Assembly (NCBI RefSeq): GCF_001949145.1
Contig: NW_019091357.1
Span: 1,357,210 to 1,421,209 of the forward strand
DNA: 64,000 nucleotides
DNA from: Acanthaster planci
Taxonomy: Eukaryota
Direction: 5' to 3'
The stretch's first letter is position 1; every line of letters begins with the position of its first letter. The notes below the pieces were generated by a model, which worked only from the letters and a program-made list of their open reading frames with translations, was not told the DNA's origin and ran no database searches. This document shows, in pieces, positions 23,242 to 37,000 of this stretch. The position numbers and the translations under genes were made by a program.

Positions 23242-24387
23242 ATGGCAGCATCTCTCACCACCAGACATAAGATATTTCTCCTCTTCCTAAGCATTATCCT
23301 TACCCTGACTCTTGTCAGTCGGGTCTGGTACTCCAAACACTTGCATGGGTTACTGTGCGCTGCCCGAACCTTCCACCACTATGCCATCAGTGACACACCT
23401 GCTGCAACTGACGTTGAGTCGAACGGATATTTGCCAGCCTTGGCTGCAGAGGTGGAGGAATCGAAAGAGGATGTGGCGGGCAAGATAACCGACATTAAGA
23501 ATCGCATCCGCCAGCAGAGGATAATGGAGGAAAAAAAGGCTCTGGAGCAGGGCGTTATGAGCCGGCAGATGAAGAAGAGGTTGAAGAAGCAGAAGACTTC
23601 ATCTCCACGTTTAGCGGATACAACGCGGAAACTCCCCCAGGCTATTATTATAGGCGTACGGAAATGTGGTACCCGGGCACTATTGGAGATGCTGGAGAAC
23701 CACCCACAGATAGCGGCCTGCGGTCCTGAGGTACACTTCTTTGACAAGAACTATGACCGGGGCCTGGATTGGTACCGGCGGCAGATGCAGCCTTCTCTGC
23801 CGGGCCAGATTACCATTGAGAAGACCCCTTCTTACTTCATCACGGAGACGGCGCCGGAAGACATCCACGCTATGAACAAAGATGTCAAGCTGCTGGTTAT
23901 CGTCCGGGACCCCACCACCCGGGTGATCTCCGACTACACCCAAATCATGTCCAAGGGGGTTTCCAAGATGGTGGGCATGAGCTTCGAGGAGACAGTCATG
24001 TCTGAGGGGGAGGTGCGCACTTCCTACAAGGCAATTCAGATCAGTATGTACAGCAAGCACCTGGAACGTTGGCTGAAGTATTTTCCCCTCCGCCAGATGC
24101 ACTTCGTCGATGGAGACAAACTCATCACCGACCCCTTGCCAGAGATGAAGAAGGTGGAACAGTTTCTCGGGATCCCCGATTTCATCACGTCCGATAATTT
24201 TTACTTCAATGCCACTTCCGGTTTCTACTGCTTGGCTGGTGATCGCAACAGCAAGTGCCTGGCACCCAGCAAAGGGAGAGAACACCCGAAGGTGTCACCT
24301 GAGGTGATACAAAAGCTGCAGGAATTTTTCAGACCCTATAACGAGCAATTCTTTACGATGATCAACCAGCATTTTGACTGGCCGTAG
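23242..24387 (+). CDS. Heparan sulfate glucosamine 3-O-sulfotransferase (HS3ST1/HS3ST5-like), single coding exon
   Basis: 381-aa ORF from ATG 23242: N-terminal TM anchor, PAPS loop IIIGVRKCGTRALLEML, EVHFFD, EKTPSYF, RDPTTRVISDYTQ, CL..SKGR.HP, ending FDWP*. Acceptor at 23159-23160; a likely 5' UTR exon ends at donor 22460|gtgagt. Confidence 0.93.
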   Translation: MAASLTTRHKIFLLFLSIILTLTLVSRVWYSKHLHGLLCAARTFHHYAISDTPAATDVESNGYLPALAAEVEESKEDVAGKITDIKNRIRQQRIMEEKKALEQGVMSRQMKKRLKKQKTSSPRLADTTRKLPQAIIIGVRKCGTRALLEMLENHPQIAACGPEVHFFDKNYDRGLDWYRRQMQPSLPGQITIEKTPSYFITETAPEDIHAMNKDVKLLVIVRDPTTRVISDYTQIMSKGVSKMVGMSFEETVMSEGEVRTSYKAIQISMYSKHLERWLKYFPLRQMHFVDGDKLITDPLPEMKKVEQFLGIPDFITSDNFYFNATSGFYCLAGDRNSKCLAPSKGREHPKVSPEVIQKLQEFFRPYNEQFFTMINQHFDWP

Positions 24388-26042
24388 TCATCAGGACTTG
24401 ACAGTTGTAATGCAATTGGCCTGCAGAATAGAGAGAAAACTTCATTCTCTCTTCCGTTTTCTAAAGGCATCTCCCAATATCATTTTCAGGGTTGTAAATT
24501 GTATTATTTGAAAGTGTAATGTAAATTTTTAAAGTTCTCCATACTCTTTGGTGCATCAGAATTTCCAACATGTCTACAAAATGTAAAATGATGTAAATGA
24601 AAAAAAATGCATGTAACACAACTTGTATCTTTAAAGTATTAGTGAAAAGGCCTTGATGTCGATAACGGCATGCATGTGTTCATGTATACGTAAATAGGAA
24701 ATGTCTGAAAGAGAACATTGTAATATCTTAATTGCTAGCAGTTGTAACATAGTATTGTTGAAATAAAACAGGATTTTTTTTTTTTTATAAATCTTGGCAC
24801 CATTGGACATTTATATAAACATAAATGTACATACATTGTATACATTTGTAATATGCAGCGCTGATATAAGAAATGGTGTATTAAGTACGACACTCAGCAT
24901 GCGTGAACTATGATTGAATGACAGTGCATGTGTCTGTATATATTTAGGTAAGACTGAATGTCTGTTGAACTTTTCTGTCAACTCTCCATGCATGTACACA
25001 TAACATTATCAATGTTACAATATAATCCTTCCAAAGCTGAAATGCACCCCCAATCGGTAAAAGAAAGACAGGTGGTTACAAAGCGGGTTCTTGTAAGCGT
25101 TCTGCGTGTATGCAAAGACCATACACGCCAGAATAAATTGGTTTCGTGTACTCGGTGCGCTCCGCATCAAACGCGTGCATAGTTCACACGCCTCATGGCG
25201 TGCCTAGGCAGTGAGTAGCAAATACACACGCTTAGATACACGGAGCCAAAATAGTCTGATCACTCATTGTTCTTGACACATGACCCATATATATTGAGAT
25301 TTTGGCCTAAGTGAGGATTGTTTTAGACAAACATGTATATTAATTTGTTTAAATGTGTACTTTCAACCAGTGCTTGCATGATATCGGACATTGATCCCCG
25401 TTTTGCTGTGAAAGGTATGACTTATCCTGGCTGAAAATTAAGGTCATGTTACAGAACCCAATTGCTCTTTTAGGGGTGTAATGTGATTTTCATTGAGTGA
25501 AGGCAGTCCAATCAGCAAGGGGGACCTTACAGCTGAACTCAAGGCAAAGTGTCATTGCTTGCTATGGTAGGGTTGTGATACGTTATCATTGAAAGCTGCC
25601 ATGTTGCCTCTAAGAAGTGGTGGTGATTTAAAAAAAAAAAAACCAGTTTGTGAAGCAAACCTCTGAGCAAAGTACAAACTAGGGAGGTTCTCACTTCTTA
25701 TGACCAGTATTGCTACTCAGAGAAATGTTTTACTCCAAATCAAGAGCACCATGCGAATCGAACATTTCAAAATAAATTTGACACATTTTTCTCAACTGAG
25801 TGTCGTTGAATATCTCATTTAATTCACTGAAAAGTGATCACTTTGACGCATTTCCAGTCAGAGAGCAATAGGATTGTGACAAGGCTTTGTAAAGGGTGAA
25901 CTTGAAAAACTCAATCAGCATTCCGACCAATAAACAGTAGTAATTTGCTTCTACCTTTACTTTGGATTCTACAAAATTTTCAAAAATATAAAGTACATAG
26001 AAGTTGCCTCCCTTTACAATTGCCCACAGAATGCCTGGACTC

Positions 26043-26389
26043 GGTTACACCCCAACTATAGCATAACACCCAACTACATGTATAGTTGGGACAGTCCCAA
26101 CTGTAGTGCTGTAGTTGGGCTGGCCCAACTATTGTTGACCAATGTCTGTGGGAAATGTCTCAACATTATCCAAGTCAATGTGTCTCACACTTGACACAAA
26201 TCATTAAAAATGTGGCACTTAGCCCTATGACCAATGACATGACATTTGTTAACAATATGACTTTGGCACATGCTGGGCACATCATGCACACAGGACCACT
26301 CTGCTGTAGTTGGGCCGGCCCAACTGTAGCACTCTAGTAGGGACGGGCCCAACTATAGTTGGGACTGATGCTATAGTTGGGGCGTAACA
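26043..26389. mobile_element. MITE with (T)GTTAC...GTAACA termini and 4-bp TSD (Ginger-like)
   Basis: TIR GTTACACCCCAACTATAGCAT / ATGCTATAGTTGGGGCGTAAC; internal CCCAACT/AGTTGGG palindromic subrepeats; ACTC at 26039-26042 and 26390-26393. Confidence 0.72.
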
Positions 26390-28248
26390 ACTCCACTGAT
26401 ATAACCACATTAGCTGTTGTGCAAATGGAAATCTACCCATGACCTGGACTATGGAAATCAGGACAATTTAACTGCCAAAGATATTTCTGGAAGATCATTA
26501 GATGCAATGTGTCAAGTTGCCATGGTAACTTTCATTCATTCACACTGCGGTTCGTAACGATCCAAATTGCATTGCCCCGAGAAATCACTTCATCTGTATT
26601 CAAATCAATTCAAATCACTGATCAAGATTTGTTGCAATGCATCAAATTCACGCAGGACTCAATTTCATTCACGAACATTACAACACACCTGCTGACACTG
26701 CGAACTGACAAAATATGTTATGATCAGGCACAAAGTAACTCACACACACAACAATGCTGCCTAAAACTTTGCCTACCTCTTGCAGTGAACTACACGTAGA
26801 AAGTGTGCGGTCACTTGTTTGCACACCTGTACCTCATACGCTCTTACTCTTTGGATACATTTTTTTGTTGGTACCACAACCAAGTCTTAATTCAGGTCTA
26901 ATAAGTAGACAAATGCCTGAGGTGCAAGGCTATCTCCACGGAAATAATTGTGCAACGACTGGAGTTGGACAAAATCGAGACACTACTGATAATGTTTAAC
27001 CTGTCCAACACTGCAGGTAAGATGATTTTTGTTGGGGGGGGGGCAAATTAATAAGAACAAGTCACAGGACCTTATCAGTGTTCCAAAGTATTTTTCAGCC
27101 CACTAGGAGTCCTAGAGCATACAAGGTGTATAGAGGTTTTGTGTGGTGGGCAGTTCTTTTGTTCCACAGGGAAACCTCCTTTGTACGTGCCCTAGGGTTA
27201 CAAAAGCACTGGCTTCCAAGATGGCAGCCATGCAAACCCTCTATATGGAACTATGGGAACTGAATTTATCCCATTTCTAGTACCAGGTACTCGTCTCAGT
27301 ATGTGGGGAGGTAAACTCTGGTTCTCTTTTTTTTATACAATCGGGAATAATCCTTCGGTTATTTGTGATTTCTTTTAGATTTTTGGATACAGGCACTTAC
27401 GGTTTGACTCAAACAGCCTTTCTATCCAACATCCATGACTGTATAACCACCAGGGCCCTGATTTCACAACCCATTGTCAAGTCTGGTTTTCACAGTAAGT
27501 GGCGAAATAAGGGACCTGGTGACTACAATGCGTGAACATTACATGCAGCATTGTCAAGATCTGCATAATACTCATAGGCCAACCACATTTGCACCAATGA
27601 ATTATTTAAGGAAGAACACAGAACTTCTCTGATGGACTACACGGAGATCTACAGTTTTAGTGTAGGGCTTGGTTCCAAAGTGGAAATCTGGTATTGGAAA
27701 AAAGATGTTGAAGAGACTCCAACAATGCGAAAGGAACACCTAAAAGACTGTACGCTCTCGTTACAGCTCCAAGTTAATGTAAAAATCAACACTACATGCA
27801 CTGGTCAATGTATTGCCAATCATGATTTATGGAAGATTTATCAAGCACTAAAATCTGCAACATCTCAAACCTTTAAAAATCTTTCTTTCAGTAAATAGAT
27901 AAAAATACATAAGGCATTGATCTGTATTAAAAATGTACAAATTCATTCAATTTAGATGATTCGATTAAAAAGACTGTAACCAGGCACTATGGGAAAAATA
28001 CAAATATATACAAAAAGAAGTCATAATTTCGTTGATGATGTAGAGAAGGGTTATTAATCGGTACATGCATTTCCATCAGGGTGAAGAGGAAACACAAAAC
28101 CGCATGTGTGATGGATTTTCTTCTATTCTACAAGCCCGGTCATGCTTCACGACTCTTCAATCGTCGTTTGACTTTCTCTGAGTAGCTTACGAATACACAC
28201 TGCACAATATCTAGCACCAGGCCAAACCGGGACGCGATGCATCGCTGC

Positions 28249-31200
28249 TTACAAACGGATCCGGAAGGAACTGTGTAGAGACAATGCAGCCAGTAATGTG
28301 TGAAAACATTGTCAACATGGGTGGGCAAATCATTGTGAACATTCTCGGTCCAAAAACTGGGACCAAACATGAAGGCTTCAAAGTCAAACAAATCCTACCC
28401 TCTCATTTCAATTCAAAACCATAGGAATAAATGTCCACATGATACTTACTTGATGAAGTCAGGTGATTTGGAGATCACATGTTCAAACTCTGCAAATGAC
28501 AAAGCATCGTCATCATCCAAATCGGACTCCTCCAAAACCTAAAGGGACGAATAAAATGTTTGCTTTTTTACTTCTTAGGTACTAAAAATAGAAAGGGGTA
28601 AATGCAACCAGAAAAGAAAGTGCCTACGGCTGCCTGATATGGTTGTAAGCACCTCAGACAGATTCCGGGAAATCAGTTATTGATAATAATTGATAGCATC
28701 ATTACATTGTCAATGAGCTGTTGCATGTCGGCATCTGATAAGTGTTGCTCTCCGGTCAGCCTGTTGACCACTTCACGGAGATCTGTGCTACTGATGAAGT
28801 CATCGTCGTCAAAGTCTGGAGAACGGGGAAAAACACAAACCCTGGATTTACATCAGGAAAAAAGTACACTTTCAATTCATTGAAACATCATGGGCCAAAA
28901 ATGCCACATGCTATACTACAAATTTCAACTAATTTAATGTAATTTCTAACAGCTGAAAGTGTCTTGAATGATTCCTGTTGACTACAATATTACAAAATCA
29001 ACTCACCGTAAATCTGGAAGGCATATTCAGCCTTGACACTTTTGGGAGCGGCATCGCTAAAGACTGACATCATATCCAGGAAGTCCTCAAACTGAAGGGA
29101 CCCGTCGTCTGCTGAGGAAAACACCTTGCAGATTCTGTCTTTAAAAGGGTTTTCCTACAAAAGAAGTAAAAAAAAAAAATAAATGACGGCATCCAACTAA
29201 CATCACATGTCATGTCTCAGACGGGAACATGTCATCCATATCTGTCTAGCAGACACAACATTCCACCAACCTTTAATTCAGGAAGCTCTAGGATCGTAGA
29301 CATGGGAAGTCGGGCATTCTTGTCGGCACGAACAGCGTCTGGATCCAGTAGGTGGAATCTCTTGTGCACACTGTTAACAAAATGGCAGCAGCAGGCATTA
29401 GGGACTGCAGGTTTATTTCAAGGAAAACTAGAGTACATTAAAAATACAGTCAACAATCCAAACTGAGTACATATCCCACGCTACTTTCTTTTTTTACATG
29501 CCAGGCATTGCAAACCACTTAGGTACTGAACAAAAGTTTTGCCTTTGAGAAAGATTCTGCTAGGATCGGAACGTCAGACAGGCCTTCCATATTTTGAGAC
29601 TTGTATCTTAGGTCATTGTAGTCAGCAAACAGTTTGCAGCAGTTTTGTATTACATATCTTTGGAACAAAAGTTTTGACAATTCATTTATGAGTAGTTGTA
29701 TTTATTTACTTACTGAAGAATTTCTTTCTTGCTGAAGAATGTTAGCTCCTGGGATAAAAACAAAAGAGTTGCAAAAGTTGCAATAAAATAATTATCATTG
29801 CCAAAATTTATACCTACCAAAGCATTCGATTTTAGCATAAATCACAAATACAACTGAACATAATCAAAACTGAACATAAGCAAAAATGAAGCATCCTGAA
29901 AGAGCTACAAGTACATGTATGTTTGCAATATGGCAATGTGTAGTTATTTATACAGTAAACTCTTATTACATGTACATGTGTATGACAAGTTTACCAGGAT
30001 AAACCAAATCATTATAACCGTTCTTTTTTTTTTCAAAAAGACTAGAAAAATAAAATTAAATAAAAAAATAAAAGATCCAACAGACAGGGATCTTGAAAAT
30101 TTTCTCTTTACATTAGGATTACTTAACAGTAGTGCTATAGCAAGTTGAATGTACATAAGTGTACACATACATACATACATACATACATGTATATGAGTGA
30201 GTAGCATGCATGCAAAGCCCAGATGACGAACAGCCTGAAGCTCACTTTCACCGGCAGTGTTCCCATGCATTATGCGATGACCTTAACGTCACCTCATCAC
30301 TGTGGCATTTACTCCCCACAGGGATTGTTCATAACAAGCAGGCTTGTACATCCGCCCCTGCTGTGTCACTTCATGACGCGGACAGAACAAGCTTCTAGCA
30401 CAGCCATATTTAACCGATACAGACGACACACCCTGCATGATTTCACTAGTGCATGATACCCATCTTGTTGAATTAAACCCCCATTAAAACAAAAGACCTA
30501 AAAGGTAGCACAAATCAAACTATGCAGTTGGGTCTTTTTTGCGAATTCTTTAACCCTAACCTTCCCCAACTACACAGAATTAAACAGTAGTAAAGTGTTT
30601 CATTCTGTGGGGATAGGTCCGGTAGGCCCATAACAGCTGGCATTTGCATTGGGTTTAGCATCCCTCAGCTTCTGTGCACAAATCCCATATGGGTGTTTAA
30701 CTTTGTGTGAATGGGGAAGGTTAGGGCCAACAACCCTTGGGGGTTAGGGCCAACAACCCTTGGGGGTTAGGGCTAGCAACCCTTGGGGGTTTNNNNNNNN
30801 NNNNNNNNNNNNNNNNNNNNNNNNNNNNNNNNNNNNNNNNNNNNNNNNNNNNNNNNNNNNNNNNNNNNNNNNNNNNNNNNNNNNNNNNNNNNNNNNGGGC
30901 TAGCAACCCTGGGGGGGGGTTAGGGTTAACATGGTGGGAGAAAGTACAGCAGTTGTGATTGAAAATAAAACTATTCTAATTTTTCACCCTATTTGAGACA
31001 TTCACTGATACTGTTAACTGGTCTTAATTTTGTTTAAAATGACACAAAGCTTGCTGGACTGGAGTACCGTTTAATTCAAATATGAGTTTGTTCACCCACT
31101 GTCGATTTTTTTTCAACAACATTGGTACCTGACAGTAATGTTTTAAACCAAAATGTTATCTTTAAGACTAATGATTACAAAATAGAAGAAGTTGTAAACT

Positions 31201-32002
31201 CATGTAAACGCTTTGTCTGGAAATATAGCCAGGGAAAATGTACACTTACTTAAATATCTACCATACTCAAAATCAAAACTGCCTTGTACATGACTCTACG
31301 ATAATGAAGTACATGTACCTACACTTTGCACGATGTACTTGAGGAAAACCTCAAGTTGGACTTCATTTCACCCAGATTGTGAAATAGGCCATTTCTTTCT
31401 AAAAGTACACTTAAAGTTGAACAGGACAATTTTATTCTAGACCAGGATTGAAAATGTTTCCAAAACATGCACATGCACATACAGCACATGAACCACAAGA
31501 GCACCGACTGAATTATTTTAGCTTTTATTTATTTCAATAGTTATTAAACATGTCCTTTGGGACATACATACATACATTTATTGATGTGTACGATGACAGT
31601 AGCTTGTGTGAGATGAGCGTTAGGAAATCCAACAATACATGGCCTGCTCATCAGCCTCAGGCATGTAAAGTTGTAACTTATTTTATTGTAAAAAAAATGT
31701 AAGATGTCACGCGTACACAAGTTGTATATACAGTACATACATGATGTAGAGTGTTGTAGCCTACATGCATCATGTACATGATAGTTCTGATATTAAATAG
31801 GCTGGTAAGTAAAACACAGAAAGGGGACATTGCTAGGTTAACGACAATCCCTTTTCATTTGAACCACTTCGTTAAAAACCATGGAGGAAAGAATGAAAAC
31901 CCTGTTGACTTCTATTTCTAATTTTTAACGTTTTGTTCCGTCATTTCTTACCTGATAATCGTCGAGTTCCGCCTCAGTGAAGACGCTGTGTGATCCCCCC
32001 AT
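28249..32002 (-). CDS. CIB1: Calcium- and integrin-binding protein, CIB1-like EF-hand protein, 7 exons
   Basis: Minus-strand exons: 32002-31952 ([17 protein letters not shown], myristoylation-type N-terminus), 29748-29714 ([11 protein letters not shown]), 29370-29271, 29154-29007 ([13 protein letters not shown]...[12 protein letters not shown]), 28815-28706 (DFDDDDFIS), 28538-28450 ([24 protein letters not shown]), 28270-28249 (SFRIRL*). Confidence 0.88.
30554..30925. mobile_element. TTAA-flanked element with CCCTAACC/GGTTAGGG termini and an internal ~23-bp TTAGGG-containing tandem repeat (gap inside)
   Basis: TTAA 30550-30553 then CCCTAACC; GGTTAGGG then TTAA 30926-30929; tandem GGTTAGGGCCAACAACCCTTGGG units at 30719-30920. 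Confidence 0.65.
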
Positions 32003-34033
32003 ATTGACAGCACTTGTCAATGTACTTGTCGCTCGATATTCTCAAATATTTAAAGTCGTCAAGTAAGTTTTTCTCAGTTAATTAATGCATTTTCCATTCG
32101 GAAAACTTACTCACGTCATCGTTTTCACGCATCGATGGAGAAAATAATGTCACCGCCAGTGCGTTGCCAGCTTATAATTAGGTATCCATTACGTTTTATC
32201 ACTGGTACTTGCAAGTGATATGACAGCATGGGTTAGTTGTTTGTTACCAGCGTCATTTTTTCGCAACAGGTGGTCCGGAGGGCGCCCTTGCTGCCAACCG
32301 GATTGTAAAGGGTGCAATCCAAGCCTTGAAACTTGAACACTGTCAAATGGTAAAATCAACTTGAACACTCTTCAGGGCTCAATGGCATTTGCAAGCTTGG
32401 CATTCATTGAGGTTTTGTCAAACAAAATTATTCTTTGGTCGTTAAAATGTCAATTTTTTGGGGTTAACCAATGAAATTTTTAATTATTCACACGTCCCAT
32501 GTAATGTAAACAAAACATGTGGTTTTATGGGGATCACTATAAAAGCGAAGCTTGTCAACTTGAAGTAGTGATCCCCATAGTCAATAGTAAACAATTTATG
32601 TATACCAAGAAATTAACACACTAAACACATAGAATTAGCAACAATTTAGGAATAACATAATGGAATGGCACCCTAAAAGAACGGTGCAACACCCACGGGT
32701 GTTTCTGTTTTTCTCAGCAAAAGTGCTCTATAAAGCATGACCGAACTTGCATAGAGATATCATTTGAAACCATTTTGCTCCTATTTTATAGTCATACCAC
32801 AAACAACTTAGTCAAATTAACCCTTTGTGTCAGGAATAAGGTTTGTTTTTTTTGGATACCGTATTTAAATTACTGGAAAAGCTATTTATTCGCCATAATA
32901 AAACATTCAAAAGGATGCAACAGTCACAACAAGAGCAGGCGGGACCACTCGGTTCCTCGCGCAGCTTTTCTACTTTCCATCACATTACTCTCTATATACT
33001 GAGGCCGCGTGACACCCATGAGATATGACCGTGGCACTGACAGGGACACCCTGGTTAAACCCATACCAGTCATCATATCAACGCCAATTCGTCAATTGAT
33101 TACCGGTAGCATGGGACGGGCAAAGCGGATATACCACTGCGGACAAACTTAATTATTGGCTGTTGGAGGTGGCTTGACTTGTACCTTAAGTAAAAAGGAA
33201 AACTCAGCTCGTGCACCGACCGCCAATTAAGTTACCTGGCGCGATGCATAGGGCGAGAATTATCGGTCTCTGGCCGGACGTAGGAGCCTGCAGCCAGAAT
33301 TGCATTCTAATCCCGCTGCTTTGGCATGGTATTTATTCAAAAACTCTGACATAAAAGTGTTTCTATTTCTCTCGGCACGAATTCCGTCTAGTCCTCTTTG
33401 ATGCTTCAGCTCGATGATGCGTAAACCAACTTGAATGGTAAAAGGCAAGTTGAGCTGGGCATTTTGAAATCAAGTTGGTAAAAATGATCAGTTTGTTTAG
33501 TCGCCTACATTATACCTCCATGATTATACTTCCCTCTCATCAATTTCAATTTAATGTGCTTCACGCTATACCTTCTGGAAATGGGGGGGGGAGTCCCCCA
33601 TTAAGCTAGCCGTAACCAGTTTGGACCGGCTGTGAGCGGTCGCAGACGGCCACACAAAAGCCACTGCGCGCTTAAATATGAATTATTCAATTTGAATGGT
33701 TGTCGTCGTTGCATGCCCGTGATAACGCACAAAAGAAACGAGAACCAGTGATCATGAATTATGAAAAATCACCGGCGCACGTGGAAAAAAACGTGCTCTG
33801 TGCGCAATATATCCCATCATATGTAAACATTAAATAAACCGGCGCTGTGCTTGCGCAGCTAGCTAGCTAGCTAGCTGAGCTGGCAGCTTTGTGTAGATTC
33901 TAAAACAAGAAATGACGGTTTGGCTCTAGGGTTTGGTTATTCCTTACTGCCGCGCAAAGAAGAAATTGTAGCTTTCGTTGACTCAAAGTCGATCGCTTTT
34001 TTTCTCAACAAGATATAACGTGTGAAGCTTAAT

Positions 34034-37000
34034 ATGTGTGCTCCATCGTCGAAGCGGTTGGTGGACTCCACCACCACCGGCCCGGTAGATAATCCTCCTC
34101 CGTCCTCTGCTGGTGACGGGGAGAGCAACTCAGCGCCGATGCCAACAGATTATCATCCCGGTAGTTACACCCTTGCAGCAGTGACACAAGATGATCCCGG
34201 CTCTGCACACCGCCTTCTCGAAATGCCAGATTATCAGAACAGTAACCTCCATCAGAAAGTCTGCATTGATTCAGATCTTCACCCAATGACGAGAACCAGG
34301 AAACTGCTGAACGCTAAAAACAAGGTTTTGTCTTTTTTGCGGCAGAAGTGTGGTGTGATTTTAACAGGGGCCGTCTGCATTTTGTTTTTCAACATCATCG
34401 GCTGGATGGGTTGCTACAGTGTCTTGTTCGTGAGTCTGCAAGATGAATTCCATAGTAGCGCCACAGAAACAGGTGAGAAAGTCGTTCAAGGAAGTGTTTT
34501 CGCATTTATTATATTTCCTTACTGAATTTATACTGAGTATTACTAGGCTTATTCGGTTTTCTTCTTTTACCGTGACGGTTTCATGGCGCAAGGAAAACAT
34601 TCCTGGGAATTTCTAATCTGCTCTGAGATGAAACAATGGAATCATTGTCAAGATCGTAAATCATGTTCCTGGGATGTTGTCCGTAATAAATGAAGACCAT
34701 GGAATCTGTTTCTCGCGGTGAGGCTTAATGCAATCTCTTGCCGCGTTTTATCAGTAAACAGCATTGAACTTCAAGTGGTTATCATGTCCAGGGATGTCTT
34801 ATCTTTTAAACACACAGATATGTACAGCCTGCTGCCCATTATGTTTATGAAGTCAAAATCAGCACAGAAAGTGTTTCTTTCTTGACCTTTTTGCAGAGCC
34901 ATGTTTATCATGTTTATTAATGTATAATATTGAAACATAATTTATACAGAATACTAAATAATTTACTGACATTTGCAACAATATAATTCAAAGTTATGGC
35001 TGTTTTTAAACTGTCCAATATAAAAACTTGCCTTTATGCTCGTTTTATCATTCTAGTGTTAACTCTCTATGAATTGCCCAAGTTTGTAATTTTACTGTCT
35101 TCATGTTAAGTTACATTTATCATAAATATTTTGGAGATTTGCCATTTATCTGACCATAAGAGTTGGCTTCCTGTTTTTACTGTATTTTCTTGATTCTCAA
35201 AGAATTTTAGAAATCATTTCCAATTTTAACCTGAAGTAGGCCCTTATTGATTTTGAGTTAGGTTCATACATGAGTACCCACCATGAACAATAAAATGTTA
35301 CATACCTAAAAGAATAAAAAACTTTGCCATCCACTTTGGACATCTTCTAAGAGAAAATTGTCAGAAATCACTGAAATTTGAAAATCACCACAAATTACCA
35401 CCTCGTCTTGCACCCAAAAGAACTGAACAATATCTCGCATTCAGTTGAAAATAAAGAAGGGAATATTCAGAAGCCATCACTCTCAGTTGAGTGTGGGTAC
35501 TTTTACATGGGATCAAAGAACAGGGCTCGGTAACCAAAAAACCTTAGCTATTATGAAATCTGCCCATTGTGTGAGACGCTTCGCTTTGTACACTGCACAC
35601 AATGGGTGCCAAAAGTGCCCATGTAATGACAGTCAGCTGTGCGTTGGTCTGATCACTGGCAGGGGCTGGCTAATTTCCTGTTATTGTGAAATGCCTAACC
35701 TGTACTAATATCCAGTGCATTAACTGAATGATAAAGAGACAAAGGAATCTGTCTCTTTAACAAAGATTTAGAAAACGGCCAATTTTTATTGTGGGGTTTG
35801 AAATTGGTCATGGAATCCAACACTCTCAATTCTCCATGGATACTCTGTCAAAACACTTAGTATGGAAAGAATGAATTTAAAAATACAAAATGTTTCCAAG
35901 GTGAATTTTAAACTTTGCGCATGTTCTGGCAGGTTCGTTGATGATAGGAACATGTGTTTTAAATGACAGATTGCGTAAAAGCAGTTACTTGGAAACTACA
36001 TACATGTATGATGAGCAGTGGACCTTGTTACAAAATGTTGAAGAGACTATATATAAACTTACGAAATCAACATCTGCCTTCACCTTTATGCATACCTTCA
36101 AGAATTTTCACTAAAAGCTGACTACATTGACGAGCACACAAAAGGCTTTTTGGACCCATTAGTATAAATGTTGCAGGTACATGTACATGTATATTTATAC
36201 ATGTACCTCATGTGTGAAGTTGTAAATTCATCCAAACTGAATTTGCAAATCATCTTTTCTTATGCCTCAAAAATCAATTTCATGGGTTGGGGAACCATGT
36301 CACTGATGCATGTTGGCAGCTGTTGTGAAACATGGTAATTGAAACCCCCAGTCTGGCGTAAATAAAGGTCATCTATACAATCCCATTGTTGAATCTCCTA
36401 TAGAAGCTCTTTGTATTCAAATTTATGGGGCTGGCTGCAGCTACACTTGTTTATCCGTTCCTCGCTAAAAGCTACATGTAGGGCCTTGTCTACCTGCAGA
36501 AAGGGGGGGTGTAAGCCAGCCCAGGTTTCATTTTGCTGCCAGTGCATTGAATGTTGGGCTGGAAACGACCTTCTGACCTGAAGGCTTGATGGAAATTTGG
36601 AAAGCTTTGGCACCTTGCCAGCACCCAGGCTTAACTTGTCTAGGTTGCCAGTTATTCCAGTCTGTGCAAAACACAATCTTTAAGTTTAAGAACTCCAATG
36701 TTTAAATTAAACTTAAAAAGCCAAGCAAGGTGAAACAGTGTGACCATCACAAGCCAAGCAACTAAATGCAGCTTTGTTAAAGAAAACCCATAAATGACAC
36801 CTAAAAATTAAGGAAAAAAAGTCCAGAAAGTGCATTGAAAAGTCCAAAGATGTCACTCAGTCAATTTTAATATTTATTTTTACCCGTGTTTAAAGTAGGC
36901 ATGCTACACCCTTCACACAAAGAGAGCCCATCCCTCCTGCAGCAATGAAATTTTTCTGCAACATACGGGATATTTTTACAGTTTTAAAACTGGTCAATAA

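Noticed and set aside
23379..24285. Antisense ORFs of 122 and 201 aa
   Set aside because: These are shadows of the codon-biased HS3ST coding strand.
30719..30929. True telomere or chromosome-fusion site
   Set aside because: TTAGGG occurs once per 23-bp unit inside a CIB1 intron, not as a pure (TTAGGG)n tract.
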